This document shows, piece after piece, positions 54,969 through 64,000 of a stretch of DNA of 64,000 bases. Origin of the DNA: Felis catus. Lineage: Eukaryota. The position numbers and the translations under genes are program-made. The stretch lies in NCBI RefSeq assembly GCF_018350175.1, contig NC_058368.1, forward strand, positions 128,342,001-128,406,000, read 5' to 3'. Numbering within the stretch: the first letter of the stretch is position 1; each line of letters begins with the position of its first letter. The notes below the pieces were generated by a model. The model saw only the letters and a program-made list of their open reading frames with translations, was not told where the DNA came from and made no database searches.

Positions 54969-56495
54969 GAAATTAACAGGAACCCATGGGGGAGGGGAAG
55001 GGAAAAAAAAAAAACAGGTTAGAGTGGGAGAGAGCCAAAGCATAAGAGACTCTTAAAAACTGAGAACAAACTGAGGGTTGATGGGAGGTGGGAGGGAGGA
55101 GAGGGTGGGTGATGGGTATTGAGGAGGGCACCTTTTGGGAGGAGCACTGGGTGTTGTATGGAAACTAATTTGTCAATAAATTTCATATAAAATAAATAAA
55201 TAAATAAATAAATAAATAAACATTAAAAAAATAAAAAACTAAAAAAACATTAAAAAAAAAAAAGATTGACACATTCACTTACATTAAAATAAAAAAGTTC
55301 TGCTTATCAAGACACAATAAAATGAAAAAAAGGAGATCTTTGCAATCCAAATAATTGACAAAATAATTGACAAAAATTATATCAATCCAAATAATTGACA
55401 AAAAGGATTAATATCCAGAATATACTATTTTTTTTAACTCCTAAAAACATATAAGAAAAAAAATCCTATAGAAAAAGGGCAAACACATGAACCAGGCATT
55501 TCCAGATGTGGAACCAGGAATGATGAATAAACATATAAAAGACACTTGATCCATCAATAATCAAATAATATCACAACAAGACAGCATTTCATACTTACCA
55601 GATTGGCAAAAGATCAAGTCAGTCAATATCAAATGTTTTCTACTACTGGATAAAACTTAGCATAGCCGCTATGCTATGTTGGCATTACCTAGTAAAGGTG
55701 AACAAATATGCAGTATCTTCTAAACTAATTTCACTCTATGTAACTCTGGGTAGCCTAAAGAAACTCTTACACATGTACAAAAGGAGACAAGTCCATAAAT
55801 GTTCGTGGCAGCACTGCTTATAAAAGCAAAAAACTGGAAGCAACCCAAATCTCATCGGAAAAGGAAGAGATAAATGGATTGTGGCATACTGATAAAATAT
55901 AAAGTAGCTGAGAAAATTCCTTAACTATAATTAAGTACACCAACATGGATGAATCTCAAAAATCATGAGAACTAAAAGTCAGAAAAGAATACATACTGTT
56001 TGATATCTGTTATATAAATTTCAAAGCAGAGAAAAATATTTCAGGAGCCAAAATGATCCAAGGATAAGTGTTAAAACAATAGAGAGAAGCAAAGAAATGA
56101 TTAACACATAAGGCAGGAGAGTGATGATCTCTTGCAGAAGAAAATGTAAATTGTCAGTGAACAGTGTTTACTATTCTTATATAAATCATTCAGATAGTTT
56201 ATACACTCACCTATGGCATATATTTTAAATACAACTGACAACATTTAAAAAGAGCAGAGCTCCCTCCAGTGGGTTATATTGGTCTTTGCTTTTAAAATTC
56301 TAAATTTAATTCTACCATTATGATCATGGATTCCAAAATTATAGTCTCTTAGAAATGATCTAGTTGTACACTGAATAAAATGAGACCAGAAAAGAAATCA
56401 GCACCAGCTAATCATCCAACACAACAACAATCCAGGTCTTACCTGTATTGCCAAATTTTTGGTTGGAAAAAAAGCAGTTAAAAATAAACCATTCC

Positions 56496-56730
56496 GGGGT
56501 GCCTAGGTGGCTCAGTTGGTTGAGCATCCAACTCTTGATTTTGGTTCAGGTCATGATTCCAGAGTCATGGTATCAAGCCTTGCATCGTGTTCTGTGCTGA
56601 GCATAGAGCCTGCTTCAGATTCTCTTTCTCTCTCTCTCTCCCTCACCCCCTCCCCCTCTCCCTCTCTCCCTCTCTCCTTCTGCCTCACTCCCCAGCTCAT
56701 GCATCTGTCTCGCTAAAAATAAAATGAATA
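56496..56730 (+). mobile_element. Can-SINE
   Basis: SINE head; decayed TSD aataaaccattcc / aataaactatccc. Confidence 0.85.
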
Positions 56731-57477
56731 GTAATAAACTATCCCAGAACTTAATATATTTTGCAAATTTACTTAAATTAGAATTTATTAACTAATCAAT
56801 CAATTAAAATATTCTAGGGCATCTAAACTGCAAGGAGAACATAGTTTATAAATCTTAATAAATTTGAGTCATAAACGACACAATGCACTAACAAAGTTCT
56901 TCCCATTACATATGCTAAAATTGTTTCTTTAGCATCAGCAGAAATTTGCAGCATCTACAGCTTTTGCCAGCTTGCCTCTTTGCCTTAGTCACCTAAGCCT
57001 CTGTACAAGAAAAACCAGGCAGAAAGTGATTATAGGAGCTGACCTCTCTGAGACTGTGGTTTCCAAGAAACCCATGCATTAGGCAAACTGGTAGCAATTG
57101 CTGGGCTCCAATGTGCTCTGTACCCATTCAATGTATTGTTCAGGACCAGTAGTGGTACATAGTACAGTACTGTGTAAATGCTGAAAAACCGTAAATGACT
57201 ATATTTCACAAAAACTGCTTAAAGGTGTATCAGAAACATAAAGTAACTGAGGGAATGAGAATAAAAGATGAAGCTGGAAAAAACAGTTGCCAAACTAAGG
57301 AAGCCATGACCTCTGAGATCAGAAATCGTTCCTTATTCCATATGAAGATTCCATTATGAGTAAAGGATCAAATAAGTTTTTTTTAAAGAAGGGAGAAATG
57401 TGATCTGGTCTGAAAGACACTCTTACCTTATTAGCAATAACTATTTAGAAAATGAATTCCATTTACAACAGAAGAAA

Positions 57478-57619
57478 ATATATAAAATATATATATATAA
57501 AATATATGTATATAAAATATATATATATAATATATATAATATATATAATATATATAAAATATATATATAATATATAATATATATAATATATATATAATAT
57601 ATATATAATATAAAATATA
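57478..57619. repeat. AT-rich (TA)n/(TATATAA)n tract
   Basis: About 140 nt of almost pure A/T. Confidence 0.9.
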
Positions 57620-57639
57620 ACTTAAAGAAATGAGTCAGA

Positions 57640-58085
57640 TCTACAAAGAAAATCACCACTATTTACAATAGCAGCAAAAAACATGAACTACTTAGATCTA
57701 AATCTAACAAAACTTGTGCAGCATCAGTACATGCACAGCAACAAAGCATGGCTGAGAAATTAAAGACCTAAATGAACTGAGAGCTATGCTATGTTCATGA
57801 TTTGGAGGGCTCAATTTTGTTAATTTGTCAAATCCCCCAAATTGATCTATAGAGTCCATACAATATCATTAAAAATTTTGACGAAATTTTTATAGAAATG
57901 CACAAGGAGAGTCTAAAATTTATGTGGACAAGCAAAAGAACTAGAATAGTCAAAATAATTTTGAAAAATAACAAAGTTGGAGGACTTACACTAACTGATT
58001 TTGACAGTTATTATATGTCTGCAGTAATCAAGACTGTTGTACTGGAGACAAGCTGGACATACAGGACAGTGGAACAATATATAAA
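57640..58085 (+). mobile_element. Ancient L1M ORF2 fragment
   Basis: ORF 57898-58089 reads LKFMW...RIVKIILK...GGLTLTDFDSYY..VIKTV, which is L1 ORF2-like. Confidence 0.75.
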
Positions 58086-58089
58086 TTAA

Positions 58090-59271
58090 GTCACAGGACT
58101 TTATATGATGTTATGTCCCATACCCACAAGAGTACACAGCCCAGGATCAAGGAGTGGAAGTAAGAAGAGCCCTATTGACCATCCCTCCCAGTGACCCATC
58201 CCCACAACTCTTGGTTCTGCAGTTAGAGGTCCTGTTCCCAAAAGAGAAACAAGTATTCCTGCCAGGAGACATAGTAAGCACACTTTAGACTCCTTGCGGC
58301 AAGGAGCAGAGGCAAGAAGAGGGGCTGCTGTCATGGTAGGGGTAACTGATCCTGACCAGCAGGAGGAGGGTGGGCTGCTCTTCACCTGTGGGGGCAAGAA
58401 CACCTTGTTGTATGGAAACCAATTTGACAATAAATTTCATATATTGAAAAAAAAAAAAAGAACAAAAAAAGAACACCTATGGCACCTGTTGGTACTTCCT
58501 TGTCCCACTGTAACTGTACATGGGTATGGACAGAAACATCAACCTGAGAAGTGTATGGTTGTCAAAGGTCCAGACACTTTCAGGAATGAACTTTAGGGTC
58601 ACACTATGAGGTAACACACCCAAAGCTTGTCAAGGTGATAGCTGAGGGTGAGGAACTTTACAGTGGCAAGAGAAGAAGAAAGAGGATGAGGACCAGCTGT
58701 AGCCCTAAGACCAGCTGTGGCAACAAGGGATATATTCTTCTCAGTAATTTCCATCTCCTGCATGTCGTCTCAGGAGGAAAGTCCCATGCCCACGCAAAGA
58801 GAAGCAGATGTGTGCAGCACAAGTGATTGACTATGCCAGCCATGGAGGTGCACGGTCCCTACCTCCCTTCAAGAGGCCAACAGCCTCCAAGACAGTCCCC
58901 AGGCTCTAACCGCTGTGCCTTTCAGGCTTTGCCACAATGCTTCCAGCACATCAGTGAGTACACAGTGGGTATTGGAGCTGGGCCAATTCCACCAGAAGAC
59001 ATAGGACTCCTCTAGAAAGCAACTATTGTCCAAGGACTCCCCATCAACCTGGCCAAGACTTCCTCAGAACTGCACCCTATCATCTTAGGTCCTTCCTACC
59101 CAATTCTTTCCCCTCTGCTTTCCCAGAGATCAGACCTGCATCAGAGTCCCAGCCCCTTGCTCCCTTCCCCCTTCAACCATTCCAGACAGGCCCCAAATAC
59201 TAGCGTTAATTTCCTTTCTCATCTAGCCCCATCGTGGCATCTCCTTCTCTTCTCAGAGACTTCAACTAACA
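58090..59271 (+). mobile_element. ERVL internal 3' remnant plus LTR16-like LTR
   Basis: Resembles the ERVL-int end followed by an LTR ending ...ggcatctccttctc...aactaaca. Confidence 0.5.
58406..58468 (+). mobile_element. Extremely 5'-truncated L1 (last ~40 nt plus poly(A))
   Basis: tgttgtatggaaaccaatttgacaataaatttcatat matches the L1 3' terminus; TSD aagaacacct at 58396-58405 and 58469-58478. Confidence 0.85.
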
Positions 59272-60049
59272 GACTCAGGCCTGTCTCACTCCAGTGTGTT
59301 TGTTACAGTCCTTCCATTACTGACTTCACAATTATACTTAACTGCAGCTCACTTGATGTGGGAAAAGACTGAGCCACTCTGACTCAGGAACAGGTGGAGT
59401 GATTATTGCTTAACTTCTCAGTTTAAAGGGACCTTATTAACCTTTGAACTTCTTTCTCAATGAATACTAGGCATTGTGTTAGGTGTGGGGGACACAGATA
59501 ACAGCAAATTCTTTCACAGCCTAATCTTCCACCACACCCTTCCTAATAACACCCTCCACGTTCTTATATTCTTCAAGCTCACTTGTGATGACCACTTTTA
59601 TCAGCAATTCCCTCCACCCTGATTGACCCTCTCCCTTGCCTGGAAACACCCACGGACGCATCAAGACTGAACCCAAGCATCACTTCTGGGCAAAATATTC
59701 TCTGACGTACACAAGCAGAGTTGATTCCTCAGTCCTCCTATAACACACCCTAATCATGGCATCTGTGATAATGAATTCAGATTTATCTGTCTTCCTAACT
59801 AAAATGGAACTCTTTGAAGCATGGGTCATGCATCCAAAGTGTTTAGCACTGTGCCTGGCATAAAGTAGGTACTCCTAGATGCCTGAGAAGAGAAAGGGAA
59901 GCAAAAAGAGGACAGCAACAAGCAGCACACTTGAGGATCTAACTAACAAGGACCGTAACAAACAAGGACCAACACCAAAAAGAACCCAGAAGTATTTTGC
60001 AAGTGGTGAAATGCTGACTGGACACCAGTTGCATAAAAACACTGAAACA

Positions 60050-60214
60050 GGGGCACCTGGGTGGCTCTGTCGGTTGAGCATCTGACTCCAGCTCAGGTCT
60101 TGATCTCACAGTTCATGGTTCAAACCCCATGTCAGGCTCTGTACTGACAGTGAAGAGCCTGCTTGCTCAGCAGCTCGCACATGAACTCTCAAAATAAATA
60201 AACATTAAAAAACA
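60050..60214 (+). mobile_element. Can-SINE lacking its CT tract
   Basis: SINE head and tail; TSD aaaaacactgaaacag / aaaaacggtgaaacag. Confidence 0.82.
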
Positions 60215-60480
60215 AAAACGGTGAAACAGACTATGCTTTCTGACACTCCCATAAAACACCTGTCAGTCCTCTCCCACTGCTAGTTTGCAGGCTTATCAAA
60301 TTCAGAGAGTGGCCCTGCCCCACCCTTCCACAGCCCTCACAAGTCCACTCTTACAGCCTGCACCTCAAGGCAAGTTCCCACTCTTCTCAGAAACTTCTGG
60401 CCTGGGGTTAACTAGGAAAAACTGATGGATCCCCATGGGATCATTTTGTTTTGAGGTCAGAGTATTTAAGAACTACTCCT

Positions 60481-60714
60481 GGGGCACCTGGGTGGCTCAG
60501 TTGGCTAAGCATCCAACTCTTCATTTCGGCTCTGGTCATGATCTCATCGTTCATGGGTTCAAGCCCCACATCAGGCTCTGTGCTGATGGCATGAAGCCTG
60601 TTTGCGATTCTGTCTCCCTTTCTCTCTCCCTCCCCCTCTCCCTCCCCTGCTCGCTCTCTATCTCTCTCTCAAAAATAAATAAACAAACATTTTTTAAAAA
60701 GTTTAAAAAAAAAA
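60481..60714 (+). mobile_element. Can-SINE
   Basis: ggggcacctgggtggctcag head, CT tract, A-tail. Confidence 0.88.
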
Positions 60715-61459
60715 AGAACTGTTCAATCTACCTTCTCTGGCCAAAATACCTTTCTCTTCCTCTAAGGGGAGCATTCAGTGGGTTAAGTTCACTGATTTTT
60801 CTGGATTCTCTACTGATGAAACTCCATTCTCTATTAATTATAATCACTAGGCATCATGAATTCATAGGAAAGAAACTTAGGTAAGGATTAAAGGAAAAAA
60901 GAATTAAAGACCAAGTGGGTGAAACAAATACAAAGTGAAGGGAAAAAGAAACATGACACAAAACATGAAACACAGGAATATGACCACACATGAATGGCCA
61001 GGGTAGAAAGATAAAACATAGGTTCAAAATTAACCTGAGGTAATCACCAAAAAGCCTAAAAAAAAGGATGCCACAAAAGTTTATCAGTAACCAGTAGATG
61101 CTTTTCATGAGTCAAGACAGTCTATTCAATACTCTGTTTAACACACCTACTTTCCCTGGCATATTTTACATCCAAAGAGGGCAGCGATAATGTAACCTCA
61201 AGATGAGCTGAGCCTGGTATAGAACTGTCTGCCCCAGGGCAAAGATCAGCTTACGGCTTATTTTTAGCGGATTCTGCTCCTGCACCTCAGGGACTGCCAG
61301 GGTCCTCAGGTGGAATCCATCCCCACAGCTTGGGACAGACTGCACTGCTGCTTACCTTTTGGGCAGTCTATATACACACCATAATCATGGCACTGTTTCC
61401 TCTGCCCAAAACAATTCCCCAGTTTTGCTCCTTCAACAGGCACTGCCTGTCGTATCAGT

Positions 61460-61950
61460 TTGAGTTGTTGGTTGCAAAAGCCAACTCTGACTAATTTAAC
61501 CAGACACAAAAAAATTGAAAATATCCAAGTAGGTTACAAAATCAATAGGAGGGAGAGCTGGAGAACTAGCATCAGAAAGGGGGAAAAAAAAGTGCTAGGG
61601 AGAAAGGAAGCCACAGCAGCACACAGAGCAGGAACCACAAGGGACAGTCTAGTGTGAGAGCGACGGCTGACACCATGGCCTCTGCATGCCTTTGCCTCTA
61701 TGTGCTCTGCCCTTGCTCCTGCAGGCCACCACTGCTGTCACAAGAAATTCTATGCTGTCCCTTCCCCTTCACATCTCTCACTTGACATTCAAAGTCATAG
61801 GTAGGAGTGTATCAACCTCCAAGGGCAGGACAGGTCCCTGAACCCTAACTGCTGAAAGACGGAGAATCTCACCTACCTCGGCTTCTACAAGACAGGGCTC
61901 TGCCTCCCTCCAAGGCTCACAAAAACAGGGAATCTCACAAAACAGAAAAG
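61460..61950 (-). mobile_element. Ancient MLT1-like solo LTR
   Basis: ttggttgcaaaagccaactctgactaattt... resembles old MLT1 LTR ends; heavily decayed. Confidence 0.35.
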
Positions 61951-62299
61951 GAGCTTAAAATGTTTGGCAGCAAAAAAGGTGAAATGTCCAGTATATGTTT
62001 TTTATCAGTATCCCCACAACTATGACATGGAAACCTGGACATTCATTCTTGACTTTTATGGGAGGAGTGGGTACAGAGACTCTGAGATACTCATCCAGCT
62101 CCAAAGGGTCTAAGCTCCCAGAGACTTTATACAGAAACAAATCCTAAAGATTTAGATGTTCACTAACCGCAGATGTATTTGAAGAACTGCAAGGATTTAC
62201 AGATTGACAGGTGCCTTGACAAAGGTAAGAGTTAGACTCCAGACCTCAATAAAAGAAAATGTTAAACATCAGTAAAGATTCTAAATGCAAAGGGGTGAA

Positions 62300-63650
62300 G
62301 GGAGAGATCCAAGATGGCAGCATGGGAAGACCCCGAACTCACCTCATCCCAGAGACAAATGGAATCTACACCTACATGTACAGCAATTGCTCCTAAAGAA
62401 CTGAGGGTCAGTGAACAGCTTCTGCACACCCAAGGATAGAGGGACCACACAGAAAATGGGCAGGAGAGACAGAGACAAGGTGATGATGAGAACACCACCC
62501 CCCCTCCACACTATAAACTGCGGAAGGAAGGGATGGCAACAGAGGGCCCTCAGCAGATTTGCACAACCTGGGGCACAGCAAAAAATAGCAGTTTCAAGGG
62601 CAACTAGACTTTGAGTGGAGGAATCCCATTTACTAACCCTAGAGCACCCACGGAACAGTGCGGGAACTGCTTAAACTCTCTCGAAGGTTGGAGATGCCAG
62701 TGAGGGTCCTGTTTTTGTTCCTCCCCTATCTTGACAGCACAGAGGGGGGCAGGGCCAAGGCACTCTAGCCAGCCTGCTGCCTCAGCAAGCACAGGGTCCC
62801 TGGCCCACACCAGCTCCAGCCATGCTGCCAAGGTGGCCACCCCACCCACACCTGTCCCAGCTCCACCCAGCCCAACAAGGGCTACCGCACGGTCCACTCT
62901 GGGAAACCTCCCGGCCCATGCCTCCTCTAGCTCCAGCCATCCCACCAGCATGTCCCCTCTGCAGGGTCCTCCACCCCACTCCAGCTCCGGCTGCACACAG
63001 CCAGCCCAAACCACCTCATTCACAGAAACATATACACAAAGTGTATACGAGGAGACAGAAGAATATACTCCAAACGAATTAACAAAACCTCTGAAAAAGA
63101 ACTAAATACAATAGTGATAAGCAATCTACCTGATAAAGAGTTCAAAGTAATGCTCATAAAGATGTTCACCAGACTGGAGAGAAGAGTGGTTGAACTTAGT
63201 GAGAACTTCAACAAAGTGATAAAATATAAAAAAGAACCACCAGAGCTGAAGAACGCAATAACTGAAATAAAAAAACACACTGGAGGGAATTAAGAGCAGA
63301 TTAAAGGATGCAGATGAACGAATCAGCATTCTGGAACATGGGGTAAGAGACAACACCCAAGCTGAAGAGCAAAAAGAAAACAGAATTTTAAAAACTGATG
63401 ATAATAGGTTAAGGGACCTCTGGGACCACATCACATTAAGGGACCTCTGGTACAACAAGCATACTAACATTCACATTTTAAGGGTCCCAGAAGAAGACAG
63501 ACAGAAAGTCACAGAAACTTATTTGAAGAAAAGTTCCCTAACCTGGGGAAAAAAATGTCCATCCAGGTCCCAATAAGACACCTAATAATTAAAATGCCCA
63601 AAATTAAAAATAAAAAGAGAATCTTAACAGGAGCAACAGAAAAATAACAA
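62300..63650 (+). mobile_element. Old L1 5' end (5'UTR plus decayed ORF1)
   Basis: Starts gggagagatccAAGATGGCAG; ORF1 remnants such as NLPDKEFKVMLIKMF at ~63120-63170. Confidence 0.75.
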
Positions 63651-63651
63651 T

Positions 63652-63986
63652 GAAGCCCTTAAACAATGTGGGGGTTAGGAGCAATGACACCCCACTCACT
63701 GCCCTCATGCACCCCAAACCCAAGTCTAACTTTGACTCTCCCAAAACTTAACTACGAATAGCCTACCAGTGACCAGAGCCTTGCCGATGAACATAAACAG
63801 TCAATTAACATATATTTTGTGTATTATATGTCATATACTATATTCCTACAATAAAGTAAGCTAGAGAAAAGAAAATGTTATTGAGAAAATCATAAAGAAA
63901 AAAATACATTTATAATACTGTACTGCAAAACATCCACGTATAAGTAGACCCATGCAGTCAAACCCCGTGTTGTTCAAGGGTCAGCT
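63652..63986 (-). mobile_element. Tigger2a-like (TcMar) DNA transposon relic
   Basis: Terminus gtgttgttcaagggtcagctg and internal gtaagctagagaaaagaaaatgttatt typical of Tigger2 derivatives. Confidence 0.75.
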
Positions 63987-64000
63987 GTGGTTATAAACAA

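Larger units (their letters stand above)
49273..55255 (+). mobile_element. Full-length young feline-type LINE-1 with both ORFs open, antisense in DEPDC1B intron 2
   Basis: CpG-rich 5'UTR, ORF1, 50-nt spacer, ORF2, G-rich 3'UTR, AATAAA and A-rich tail. TSD aaaaaaaagattgacac at 49256-49272 and 55256-55272, preceded by TT (TT/AAAA endonuclease site). Confidence 0.98.
45790..56230 (+). mobile_element. Ancient L1M ORF2/3' end split by later insertions (pieces ~45790-46148, 46351-46507, 48883-49018, 49238-49272, 55273-56230)
   Basis: Collinear decayed L1 ORF2/3'UTR sequence resumes after each inserted element. Confidence 0.65.

Noticed and set aside
62604..63105. Overlapping 124-139 aa Pro/Ser/Ala-rich ORFs
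   Set aside because: C-rich decayed L1 5'UTR; chance ORFs.

Overview
Mammalian genomic DNA, almost certainly felid, judging by the SINEC_Fc-type Can-SINEs and a feline-type LINE-1. The window lies inside DEPDC1B on the minus strand. Seven internal coding exons (exons 3-9 by human numbering, recalled from memory) have GT-AG boundaries, consistent phases and an open reading frame; exons 1-2 and 10-11 lie outside the window. The introns are filled with mobile DNA. They hold a young, full-length ~6.0 kb L1 with both ORFs open and a 17-nt target-site duplication (TSD) at 49273-55255, antisense in intron 2. They also hold an older L1 that keeps both ends but lacks most of ORF1 and part of the 5'UTR (17606-22323), a decayed YIPF5 processed pseudogene (~14738-16408), about 20 Can-SINEs, MaLR/ERVL remnants, MER20/MER102/Tigger2 DNA-transposon relics, old L1M/L2/MIR fragments and microsatellites. 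I found no evidence of a wholly new biological system. The best leads are: (i) the intact L1, positioned so that an antisense promoter or ORF0-like ORF could drive a DEP-less DEPDC1B chimera; (ii) a possible spliced-L1 (SpIRE) insertion; (iii) a short 3' transduction and poly(A)-only insertions; (iv) inverted repeats bracketing exons 3-7. Repeat family names come from pattern recognition, not a database search.
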